From an uncultured archaeon (GTDB taxonomy: Archaea; Asgardarchaeota; Lokiarchaeia; Sigyniarchaeales; SOKP01): 64,000 nucleotides of DNA. Every line of letters starts with the position of its first letter. Positions within the stretch are counted from its first letter, which is position 1. The position numbers and the translations under genes are program-made. Below, one piece after another: positions 51,495 through 60,773 of this stretch. The DNA lies in the NCBI GenBank assembly GCA_964447495.1, contig CAYUTF010000004.1:24592-88591 (forward strand). Direction: 5' to 3'. The notes beneath the pieces were generated by a model. It had not been told where the DNA came from, ran no database searches, and saw nothing but the letters and a program-made list of their open reading frames with translations.

Positions 51495-53012
51495 TTTTGT
51501 ATTTTTCCAAATTAAGCACATATTTGATAAAGTGTTACTTTCTGTACTGGATTTGAAATTCCTTTTTCTCACTTTTATAAAGATAGGATAATTTACAGCA
51601 TTTCCCATTAGAAGCATTTCTCCGACCCCAAGACTGGATATCATATCAGTGTATTCTTTAGTTATGGCTTCAGAACTATCCATCAAATGTTTGAGGTCAT
51701 ATGGATTTTTGATATTTAGTATTAGCTTTGAATTTGATTGAGATAATGCTGTTGTACTTAATTTTTTTGGTCTTTGACTGATCAAGCAGAGACAAGCCAT
51801 GAATTTTCTGCCTTCTCTAGCGATTGTTTCTATAATACTTTTTGATAGCGCTTTAGATTGAGCTGCTTCAGGACAAAATTGATGAGCCTCTTCTATAATT
51901 AGCAAGAAAGGAGGGATTTGCTGCATTCTTCTTAAATAAAATAAACGATTACAGATGTAATCGACTAAAATTTGTTTTTTCCGTATTGAAATTTCATTTT
52001 CAAGGTTAAAAATTAATAAGTCTCCTTGTTTTACAATTTCATTTATGATCGGGTTTTCTTGAGGTCCAAAAATAGTCAATCTGTCTAATTCAGATAACCA
52101 ACCTACTAAAGCTTGTTTTGTTGATTTGTTGCCATCATTTTCATTTTCTATAACTTCTATTAAATCTTTTAATCCATAATAATTCTTTTTATCTTTTTTT
52201 TCTCGTAATTTCTTAATAAGTTTTGCCAATTCCCTAATCTGGACATGAGATATTTGTTCTTGGTATTTTCTAAATGAATAAGCGCTCATTTGAGGGACAG
52301 AAACTTGAAAATAAGAAATATCAATTACTTTCACTTTATTTTTAATTTGAGGGACATTCTTCAAATAAGTATACTCACCATGCACATCTATTAGCACTAT
52401 AGCAGGATTTCCATGAGCCTTATCCCTATTAAGTAATTCTTCAATAATTATCGATGTCAAATAGCTTTTACCTCCTCCAGAAATCGAAAGGATTGAAAAA
52501 TGTTTATTTAATAAGCGGTCCATATTTATTGATGCATCAATTTTAGTTGAACTTAATTTTCCTAAATTTAAACCCTTTTCGTGATCTAAACCAATGAAAT
52601 TGATAAGAGTATTATCATCGACAAGGTAAACTTCCTTTCCAGGGCTTGCAGGATAAGTCATCCTTGATATTTTATTAATTTCATGATCAGAAGCGTCGTT
52701 AAACTCAATGATTCCTAAATTTCTTACGATAGCTATAGCATATTCAAAATCATCACTAGGAAAAAGCCCCTTAAGGATATTGGGATTGTCATTATTATTA
52801 TATGCTTTTATGGTTAAGGCATCTGAAAAATATTCGTTTAATAAAACAATTTTTTCTACTATGCCTATTAAAAAACCTTCTATTGATTGAGTATATACAA
52901 ATATTCCTTTTTTGATTAGAATTCCATCTTTCCTTTTATTGATCACAAATGGATATTGTAATACATCTGGTAACTGAAGATAATTGAAAACAATTCCAAC
53001 CTTTGAGGGCAT
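51486..53012 (-). CDS. herA: HerA/FtsK-like ATPase (DUF87)
   Basis: KHFSILSISGGGKSY, IDVHGEY, IEEAHQF, IAREGRKF, ISQRP, L.VGE; likely ATG at 53012 (MPSKVG). Confidence 0.8.
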   Translation of the reverse strand: MPSKVGIVFNYLQLPDVLQYPFVINKRKDGILIKKGIFVYTQSIEGFLIGIVEKIVLLNEYFSDALTIKAYNNNDNPNILKGLFPSDDFEYAIAIVRNLGIIEFNDASDHEINKISRMTYPASPGKEVYLVDDNTLINFIGLDHEKGLNLGKLSSTKIDASINMDRLLNKHFSILSISGGGKSYLTSIIIEELLNRDKAHGNPAIVLIDVHGEYTYLKNVPQIKNKVKVIDISYFQVSVPQMSAYSFRKYQEQISHVQIRELAKLIKKLREKKDKKNYYGLKDLIEVIENENDGNKSTKQALVGWLSELDRLTIFGPQENPIINEIVKQGDLLIFNLENEISIRKKQILVDYICNRLFYLRRMQQIPPFLLIIEEAHQFCPEAAQSKALSKSIIETIAREGRKFMACLCLISQRPKKLSTTALSQSNSKLILNIKNPYDLKHLMDSSEAITKEYTDMISSLGVGEMLLMGNAVNYPIFIKVRKRNFKSSTESNTLSNMCLIWKNTKLN

Positions 53013-53108
53013 TGTGTAAAAATAAGAAATTTGAAAAATAAAAATGAAGTAAGAGCATAAATTTAGTAATTTGAATAAAAATGAAGAAAAAATCATTAAT
53101 TATAAAAT

Positions 53109-53705
53109 CTATTTTTCTAGTGTACCCATAATTTTTAGAATAAGATAATAACCATTTTTCCAAAAGTAGACAATAAATAATGAGATTGCAATTGCTGCAA
53201 ATAATGCCAATCCTATAAACAGTGTCCAGTTTCCTGAAGTGAAAGTACGTAAAAGGTTTGAGAACGGAGAGTCTGTACCCGGTTCTAGCAAAAGATCACT
53301 AATTAACGCATATATAGTACCTCCAATGAGCGCTATAACGCTTATCAATAATCCTCCAGCTGCGATTTTAACGTCTAGTCTATTCTTGAATCTCTCTTCT
53401 ATGTTGCGAGTCTTAAATAAAAATTTGAGAACCCATTTACTTCCTTTTTTGAAGAGACCAAAGAAAAAGATGAGTAAAAAAAATAACCCTGCTAAAAACC
53501 CTGCTACAATAGCAATTTGATACCCTAAATTTAATTCTAAAAATGCTCCTAATTTTCCTGCTGGCATCCAATAATCAACAATAGTCCATACAAGACCTCC
53601 AATTGTAATAATACAAGCAGCAACAATAAAAATATAATATATTTCTCCAGCAGCTCTTTGTCTAGACGAGTAATCTGCTTTAATACTTGAATGACTTTCT
53701 TCCAT
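53109..53705 (-). CDS. 4-TM membrane protein
   Basis: Four hydrophobic segments in two similar halves, ending FKKG and WKNG. Confidence 0.75.
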   Translation of the reverse strand: MEESHSSIKADYSSRQRAAGEIYYIFIVAACIITIGGLVWTIVDYWMPAGKLGAFLELNLGYQIAIVAGFLAGLFFLLIFFFGLFKKGSKWVLKFLFKTRNIEERFKNRLDVKIAAGGLLISVIALIGGTIYALISDLLLEPGTDSPFSNLLRTFTSGNWTLFIGLALFAAIAISLFIVYFWKNGYYLILKIMGTLEK

Positions 53706-53812
53706 TTTTTTCTGAACCTTTTATAACTATTTAATGAACTTATAACAATAAAACTATATAAAATTGAGTATTAAAGCCAAAATTAATAAAAAGTATAAAA
53801 GAGGTAAAAATT

Positions 53813-55351
53813 TTAATCCATATCTTTGTTTTGAATAATTTCGTTGAAGCGTTTGAAGGTATTTTTACTTTGAAGCAGATTATATAAATCATAAGAAAAT
53901 TTGTAAAGTTCATTATATTTGGTTTGTCTACTTTTATCTGGAAGCCATTTTTGATCGACTTTGCAGATGCTTTCAGCTGCTTTTGCTATATCGGGGAATA
54001 TTCCTGCCCCGGAAGCTGCTAATATAGCAGCTCCTAATGAAGTTGCCTCTTCAATAACATTACGAACACAGGTGATTCCTAAAACATCTGATATAATCTG
54101 ATTCCATAGATCAGAACGTGAACCTCCTCCAGTTAATCTTAGTTCTATTGGTTTGATATTTAATTCTTGAAATACCTCAACATTTTTTTTTACTTCAAAA
54201 GCAACACCCTCAAGTATAGCACGAGCTAAATCTCTCCTTTTTTGCCCTAATGCTAATCCAAAAATAATACCTCTAGCATAAGGATTCCAATGTGGAGCAC
54301 CTGCTCCAACTAAATGAGGAATGGTTATTATCCCATTGGCTCCTACTTTAGATCCATTTGCTTCTCGAGTTATTATATCATATGCGTCCTGATTTTGATT
54401 TTGTGCTTCTAAGCATTCTTCACGAGCTAATTCATCTCTAAACCATCTTAAATACGCTCCAGTTGTAAAAATACTTGCTTCTTGAACCCAGGCACCAGGA
54501 ACAGCATGACAACTACACAAAACTCTTTTCTTAGGATCAAAGTTCGGTTTGTCTAAATATGCTAACATAAAACTTCCTGTCCCTGTCGTTAACTTAATCG
54601 TTCCTGGTGATGTGACTCCAACTCCTAGTGCCGCTGACTGTTGATCTCCTGCACCTGTAACGACCAATGTTTTTTTATCAAATAAAGTTTCATCTGTGGT
54701 TATTTCACCGACATCTGTGCCACTTTCTAGAGCTTCAGGCATTTTATCTAAATCTAATTCAAGCTCTGATGCAATTTCCTCAGAATATTTTAGTTTATTA
54801 ATATCAAACAGCATAGTCCGGCTAGCATTAGAATAATCGGTAAGAAATTGACCTGTTAGCTTAAATAGTATATAATCGGATACTAATAGAAATTTGTAAG
54901 CTTTATTATAAATCTCAGGTTTGTTATCTTTAAACCAAAGAATTTTAGTGGCAGAAAAATAAGGATCTATGGTTAAACCGGTTGTTTTGTAAATTTTATC
55001 TATCCCGATTTTTTTCTTTATAAATTCTACTTGATCTGTAGTTCTCCTATCTTGCCATACTAAAGCATTATGTAAGGTATTGCCATCTTTATCCACTGGA
55101 ACAATAGTTTCCCGCTGATTTGTAACGGATAAACTTACAATTTCAGTTTGATCAATACCACTTTTCTTAATTGCTGCTTCAATTGTTTTTTTTAGTGATT
55201 CCCACCAAGAATTTGCATCTTGTTCAACATATGAAGGAATAGGATAATAACTCTCCCATTCTTGGTAATCACTCGCTAAAATAGTACCAGCAACATCAAA
55301 AATAAAGGTTCTAACTCCTGTTGTACCAAGATCAAGACTTGCGATAAACAT
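53813..55351 (-). CDS. FGGY family kinase (xylulokinase/glycerol kinase-like)
   Basis: DLGTTG, TNQRET, WQDRRT, PYFSATK, TDYSNASRT, GDQQ, GAPHW, GGGSRS. Confidence 0.92.
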   Translation of the reverse strand: MFIASLDLGTTGVRTFIFDVAGTILASDYQEWESYYPIPSYVEQDANSWWESLKKTIEAAIKKSGIDQTEIVSLSVTNQRETIVPVDKDGNTLHNALVWQDRRTTDQVEFIKKKIGIDKIYKTTGLTIDPYFSATKILWFKDNKPEIYNKAYKFLLVSDYILFKLTGQFLTDYSNASRTMLFDINKLKYSEEIASELELDLDKMPEALESGTDVGEITTDETLFDKKTLVVTGAGDQQSAALGVGVTSPGTIKLTTGTGSFMLAYLDKPNFDPKKRVLCSCHAVPGAWVQEASIFTTGAYLRWFRDELAREECLEAQNQNQDAYDIITREANGSKVGANGIITIPHLVGAGAPHWNPYARGIIFGLALGQKRRDLARAILEGVAFEVKKNVEVFQELNIKPIELRLTGGGSRSDLWNQIISDVLGITCVRNVIEEATSLGAAILAASGAGIFPDIAKAAESICKVDQKWLPDKSRQTKYNELYKFSYDLYNLLQSKNTFKRFNEIIQNKDMD

Positions 55352-55434
55352 TTTAATTATTTTCTCCTTAATTTATTAATATTAATATATACCATATTAT
55401 CTAATAAAAATCATTATCTTATTTTTTAAAATTA

Positions 55435-56118
55435 TTACTTTTTTTCATATCCACATTGGGGGCATACTAGTTTCTTGAAACCCAATTTATAATCTTTTAA
55501 CTCTGTCATTATCCCTTTACATACTGGACATCTTGGATCAAAAGAAGGAAACCATTCTCCCTTAATATTAGGCATCTTCTTTAATGTGTTTATAAATTTT
55601 AAGTTATCAAGTTTTGACTCACTAATGGGTAAGAGTTGTTGTTCTTCAGCAATAGACTTACCTTTAGGAACTAAAACTATCAGAAATTTCATTTCTTTGG
55701 GATTATTAAGAATTGAGAGGGTTCTTAATATAGCTTCTTCTTTATATTCGGAAAATAATTTGCCTATTTCGGGTGGGGCAAGAGCCACTAACGTTGCTTG
55801 TGAACCTTCTGTTTCATTTTTCATTTTCTGGAATAAAAGTTGATAGATTCTTCTTACAGAATCCATTGCCCAGATGAATATCCATGGACTAATATCATAA
55901 TCTTCTTTATTCGTTCCATTAATCCTTTTAATACTTTTGATTCTAGAATAATGTTGAAAATTATAGAGATTGGACACTAAATCATCAAAAAATGCAGGTT
56001 CGATGACAGGATAACTCTTTAATAGGCTTTTAAGAGAGAGTAATCTAATTTCTGTTAATTCATTTGTTCTAAGATTATCCCAGGGAGTATAGGTGTAAAT
56101 TGTAAAGAAATCATTCAT
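55435..56118 (-). CDS. hypothetical protein with C-terminal Zn ribbon
   Basis: CPVC...CPQCG at the C-terminus. Confidence 0.75.
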   Translation of the reverse strand: MNDFFTIYTYTPWDNLRTNELTEIRLLSLKSLLKSYPVIEPAFFDDLVSNLYNFQHYSRIKSIKRINGTNKEDYDISPWIFIWAMDSVRRIYQLLFQKMKNETEGSQATLVALAPPEIGKLFSEYKEEAILRTLSILNNPKEMKFLIVLVPKGKSIAEEQQLLPISESKLDNLKFINTLKKMPNIKGEWFPSFDPRCPVCKGIMTELKDYKLGFKKLVCPQCGYEKK

Positions 56119-56255
56119 AATTCTCTTAAGAGGAGAATACTATTTATACTATTTTATATTAAAATTAAATTCGATAATAGATTAATACGATTGGATTTAT
56201 AATATAGAAAAATTTATGAATCATATATTTAGTAATTTTTAACAATATTAAGTAT

Positions 56256-57416
56256 GTGTTTGATATGAAGGGAATATGGGATATACAAGCGGATGCAATG
56301 AAAAAGGGAGACAATCTTAGGGAAGTTTCGTCTCTTTGGGATAAGAATTGGAAAGATAGTAATGGATTTTCCCATTATGTTTTTGAAAAAGCAATTTTTG
56401 CTAATCCTTGGTATTCAATTCCTCAAAACGACTTAACACTATTTGAAAGATTTGTTGAGGGAGGATCAAGACAATATCCTTCAGATGGGAATATTCCCTG
56501 TGATTTAGTTGCACGTGAAGCAAGAAAGGTTCTAAAAAAATTGGAGGAGTGTTCAAATAATCCAAATCATCATTATTGTCAAGAGGCACGTGATTCTTTA
56601 AAATTTGGTAAACTTGGGTTGCTTAGAGGGACCTTAAAACTTTATCTGGGTAAATATACTACACGGGATTGGAGAAGAAAACGATTTACAGATGACATTG
56701 ATTTTTGGATGTTTCACATTGCTTTATTAGATTCTTCACTTAAGGATTGTGCATTTGTCAAAAATAAAGATACTGGTGAATGGGAGAAAATAATAGAGTG
56801 GAAAAACCCAAATACTAATGAAATTCGGCGTGAAATGCTTTTTGCAGCAAATAATTTGAACCAATTGTTAGATTTCGGTGCGGGTAGTTATCTTGAGGGA
56901 TCGAGTCTTAAGAATATCTTCGATAAGAAAATAAAAAGAGGACATGATGTTGATCTGAGTGATATTATTAATGTTGCTATGATAAATGATGGAATTAATG
57001 GAATTCATAACGATGAATGGTTAAAAGCATGGTCCTGTTTTGAACAAGCGGCAAATACTAGAAATACAAGAACGACATCTAATCTAATAAGTCTATGTCG
57101 TTATTCATTAGGTGTTGCTGATTATCTCGAAAGTGTAAGTAAATCTCTAATAAAATATAACCACTTAATTTTAGATAATTCAAAATATCCAGATGATATA
57201 ATAAAATCGATATGTAGGATTTCAATACATTGGGAAAAGTTTTTTAAAGAAAATGGCCCAGAAAAAACAAGAAAGATGCTTCATGAGTTCTATCACAATC
57301 AAGCAGACGAGAAGGCAATTCATGCACTAAATTTAAAGAACTTTGCAACAAGAATACTAGATCTCCTTAATTCAAGGTATGAATATTTAAATATTAAATT
57401 TGAAATCAAGCTATAA
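56256..57416 (+). CDS. putative nucleotidyltransferase (AbiEii/MenT-like motifs)
   Basis: LRGT...Y...RFTDDIDFW and KIKRGHDVDLSDI resemble the R.T.DID and K...R...D..D motifs of that family. Confidence 0.55.
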   Translation: MFDMKGIWDIQADAMKKGDNLREVSSLWDKNWKDSNGFSHYVFEKAIFANPWYSIPQNDLTLFERFVEGGSRQYPSDGNIPCDLVAREARKVLKKLEECSNNPNHHYCQEARDSLKFGKLGLLRGTLKLYLGKYTTRDWRRKRFTDDIDFWMFHIALLDSSLKDCAFVKNKDTGEWEKIIEWKNPNTNEIRREMLFAANNLNQLLDFGAGSYLEGSSLKNIFDKKIKRGHDVDLSDIINVAMINDGINGIHNDEWLKAWSCFEQAANTRNTRTTSNLISLCRYSLGVADYLESVSKSLIKYNHLILDNSKYPDDIIKSICRISIHWEKFFKENGPEKTRKMLHEFYHNQADEKAIHALNLKNFATRILDLLNSRYEYLNIKFEIKL

Positions 57417-57468
57417 TTTTCAAATTATAAGATAAAGATTTAATTTTCTTTTTTAGAATTTTATAATC

Positions 57469-57765
57469 ATGACCAAATATAAAATTGTTATTAAAAAAAG
57501 TTGCTTTTTCTGTGAGAAATTATTAGAATGGTTAAAAGGAAAGAATGTCGAATTTAAAGTGTTAGATTATCAGGATCCTAAAGATTTTGATGTTTCATTA
57601 ATGAAGAATCCTACGTTTAATAGTTTATACTGTGATATGAGTGCTTGTGTGGAAAGTTTACCCCTTGTGGTTAAAGATGATAAGCAGTTTTTCTATAGTG
57701 AAATCTGGGATTTAGTAAATAATACTATTAATGAGGATAAGGCAAGAAAAATATTTGAAATTTAA
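57469..57765 (+). CDS. glutaredoxin-like protein
   Basis: CFFC near the N-terminus, thioredoxin-fold spacing, SLP cis-Pro region. Confidence 0.72.
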   Translation: MTKYKIVIKKSCFFCEKLLEWLKGKNVEFKVLDYQDPKDFDVSLMKNPTFNSLYCDMSACVESLPLVVKDDKQFFYSEIWDLVNNTINEDKARKIFEI

Positions 57766-57830
57766 TCAATATAGTGTCTTTTTATAAATTTTAAATAGCT
57801 TTTTTCTTTTTAATATTTAGATCGCTTTTT

Positions 57831-57933
57831 GGGAAGGTAGTCTAGCTTGGTATGATTCTTGGTTCGGAACCCTTTCAATATATTGATCGAGCAAAACACC
57901 AAGAGGTCAGGGGTTCGAATCCCCTCTTTCCCA
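57831..57933 (+). tRNA. tRNA-Pro (anticodon CGG) with a probable 29-nt intron at 37/38 (57869-57897)
   Basis: Acceptor GGGAAGG/CTTTCCC plus A; Pro-type D loop GTCTAGCTTGGTATGAT; anticodon stem CTTGG/CCAAG interrupted after TT-CGG-A; T arm AGGGG-TTCGAAT-CCCCT. Confidence 0.85.
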
Positions 57934-58072
57934 TTGGAGATCGTCAATGTCAAGAAAGGCTAACTCTTTTTATATGTATTTTAGATATAAGTTTGATAAT
58001 ATAGACATAAAACTTAAATAATTTACATCTCTCTTAGATAAAAGTTAGTTTTAAATATGAACATGTGGAGAT

Positions 58073-59289
58073 GTGAAGATTTTTTAGTTCGAAACTACCA
58101 GCTCAAGAAATAAAATTTGATAAACGCCTATTAATCATTTTCCTGATTCAATTTACGGAAGTCTTAGGATTTAGCAGTGTGATGCCTGTAATCCCATTTT
58201 TGGGATTGTCTCTAGGGTTAAATGCTTTTCAGATTGGTTTAATTCTGAGTATCTTTAGTATATGCCAACTGTTTGCCAGTCCAATTACTGGCAAACTCAG
58301 TGATCGATTCGGAAGAAAACCATTGTTATTATTTAGTCAAACGAGCACACTAATAGGATTCTTTCTTCTTGGAATAGCTAATAATGTCTGGATATTAATC
58401 GCTGCTCGTCTCGTAGACGGACTTTTAGGAAGTAACATGACTGTTAGCCAGGCGTATATTAGCGATGTAACAGATCCAAAGTATCGAACTAAAATATTTG
58501 GTTATTCAAGCGCGGTTTTTGGTGCTGGATTAATTTTTGGACCGTTAATTGGGGGATTATTGTTATCAATTAACTTTTCAACTCCCTTTTTTTTTTGCTG
58601 CTGGAATTAGCCTTCTTTCAATAATTTTAGTAATAGCATTTTTACCCGAATCTCTAAGTAAAAGAGAGGAAAAATTAGCTTTCAAGGTTGGAGACATGAT
58701 TCCTATTAAAGAAGCAAAGTATTTCTTTAAATCTACTATAACTAGAGGTTTAATTTTGGCTTTTTTCATTTATAATTTAGGATTTTTCCTCTTTATGAAT
58801 TCATCTGCTTTATTTGCTTATAAACAAATATATGCGACTGCCCAAGAGGTTGCTTTTTATATGGCTTGGATTGGCGTGCTTAGGGTTATTTTTCAAAGTA
58901 TTCTCATTAATCCATTGTTGAAAAAATTTAGTGAAAACAAAACTTTAGGAATGGGCATTTTTTCTATGATTTTTGCAATGGTTTTTCTTATATTTTCTTC
59001 GACGTACTGGATAGTTTATGTACCTTATTTCTTTATAGCGTTTGGAACAGGGGTAGCTCGCCCTATTCTTACAAGCAAATTAACAAATGCTGTCAAAAGA
59101 GAAGAAGCTGGTAGTATATTAGGTGTTAATAACTCTTTAACCAGTATTGGTCAGATAATATCACCCATTCTCGGTGGAGTGATTATAAATTATTTACCTT
59201 CACAAACGCTTCCAACCATTTCAGCTCTAATTTTTGTTCTCATGATTGTCCTATGGAAATGGTTAATTGCTAGAGATGAGAAGGAATAA
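58073..59289 (+). pseudogene. TetA-like MFS transporter, frameshifted in this sequence
   Basis: GKLSDRFGRKP motif A; ORFs 58179..58610 and 58549..59289 join with a +1 shift at T10 (58587-58596); TM1 (RLLIIFLIQFTEVLGF) lies upstream of 58179. Confidence 0.75.
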
Positions 59290-59518
59290 GTTATTAGATT
59301 ATAAATTATTCAAAAATTTTCTCCAATTTTCATACTATGAGCGTGATATCATAGTAATATTGATGTATATCTATTTAATCGTGAAACTGAACATTTATTC
59401 TTAAAGAGTATAAAGTTTATACTTTATTAACAAAATCCAAGTTTCGAAAAGATTAAATTTTAGTTAATTAAAGAATTATGCAGTTATCATTTAAAATTAA
59501 CAATTAACACAATTAAAG

Positions 59519-59959
59519 ATGTCAAATTCTCAAAATTTTTTTTTTAATGATTTAAAGGAACAAGTTAATACCAAAAATTTAGGTTCTATATTGCGAACTG
59601 TCTTTGAGAGAGTAGCATCAGTTGATATTAAGATATTTTACGATTTTCTCGGAGAACTCCTACTCGAAAAAACACAAGTCCTTGGTTCAAAAAAGAAAAT
59701 TATTAGATCCTATTTAGAGATTCTCAAAAGAGCTAAAATAGATTCTAATCAACTAATTGAACTGGAAAAATATCTTGTAGAAAAGTTCTTCATTTTAGAT
59801 AATGAAAAACTATTATTATACTTTCAAGGAAAGCTTCGAAATAAAAGTCAATCAACCTTATATAAAGGCAGGATCTTTATAACTAACCAGCGAATCATGG
59901 TTATTGGTAAAGAAGAAAAGGATACAAGTCTTTGGGATATTATTTTGGGAGGTTTTTAG
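59519..59959 (+). CDS. hypothetical protein ending in a partial PH/GRAM-like fold
   Basis: YKGRIFITNQRIMV matches the G.LY.TN.RL pattern; ends abruptly at GGF-stop. Confidence 0.55.
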   Translation: MSNSQNFFFNDLKEQVNTKNLGSILRTVFERVASVDIKIFYDFLGELLLEKTQVLGSKKKIIRSYLEILKRAKIDSNQLIELEKYLVEKFFILDNEKLLLYFQGKLRNKSQSTLYKGRIFITNQRIMVIGKEEKDTSLWDIILGGF

Positions 59960-59963
59960 AAAA

Positions 59964-60608
59964 ATGTCTGTAGAAATTAATGGAAAGAAATATTTTGTCA
60001 AAATGAAAAGAGGAGTTTCATATTTAAATCTTTCAAAAAAAGGAATTTCAAATATTTTAGATATTAAAGGTCTTGAGTCACTCATAGATTTGAAAAATTT
60101 AGATTTAAGCGGTAATAGCATAACGGAAGTTAAAGGTCTTGAACCACTTGCAGGATTAGATAAATTAAATCTTAGTTCTAACCAAATAGAGATATTAAAA
60201 GGGTTTGATGCCTTAAAAAATTTGAAATTTTTAGATCTTAGCGATAATCAAATTTCTGATGTTGAGAGTTTAAATGTAAATTTATCGGCTACTCAATTCT
60301 TTATCTTAGGTAACCCAATTGTAAATAAAATACGAGATATTTATGGTCTGTACACAATTCAAAACTTAAAGGATTATAGTAAACGATCGAAAGAGGAGAA
60401 AATCAAAATTAGAGAACAAGTAAATAAAAAAAAACACTTTATTGGTTTCCAATTCTCGATAAAGGAACCAAAAATCATAAAAATCTTAGATTTTTATAAA
60501 ATTATTTTCTCTATGAAAGGAAATATATTCGAAATAAATACAAGTAAAGAGAGAAACTACAAAATTATACATGAGATCGAAAATTTCCTTATGTCTTATA
60601 CATCTTAA
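59964..60608 (+). CDS. leucine-rich repeat protein
   Basis: LDLSGNSITEVKGL, LNLSSNQI, LDLSDNQI; ATG 59964 with GGAGG upstream; may be fused to 59519 by a +1 shift. Confidence 0.8.
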   Translation: MSVEINGKKYFVKMKRGVSYLNLSKKGISNILDIKGLESLIDLKNLDLSGNSITEVKGLEPLAGLDKLNLSSNQIEILKGFDALKNLKFLDLSDNQISDVESLNVNLSATQFFILGNPIVNKIRDIYGLYTIQNLKDYSKRSKEEKIKIREQVNKKKHFIGFQFSIKEPKIIKILDFYKIIFSMKGNIFEINTSKERNYKIIHEIENFLMSYTS

Positions 60609-60650
60609 AGCAAAATATAAATAATGGAATTAGAATAAACAAGAATATTC

Positions 60651-60755
60651 GTAGAAGAAGCTTGAGTTGGGTAATTGGGGAATAAATTCAAATATTATAT
60701 ATCGTTGAGAAAAAAAATTCCCTGAATATCCGTGAACTCAACTTTCACGATCTAT
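60651..60755. other. long imperfect inverted repeat / candidate structured RNA between convergent genes
   Basis: TTGAGTT 60662-68 pairs AACTCAA 60735-41; GGGTAATTGGGGAAT 60669-83 pairs ATTCCCTGAATATCC 60717-31 with G-U pairs; inner TTCAA/TTGAG; outer GTAGA/TCTAT. Confidence 0.55.
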
Positions 60756-60773
60756 CGTATATATAAAAAATAA

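Noticed and set aside
53013-53096. Hydrophobic N-terminal extension of the HerA ORF
   Set aside because: It looks like translated AT-rich intergenic DNA; ATG 53012 gives a normal N-terminus.
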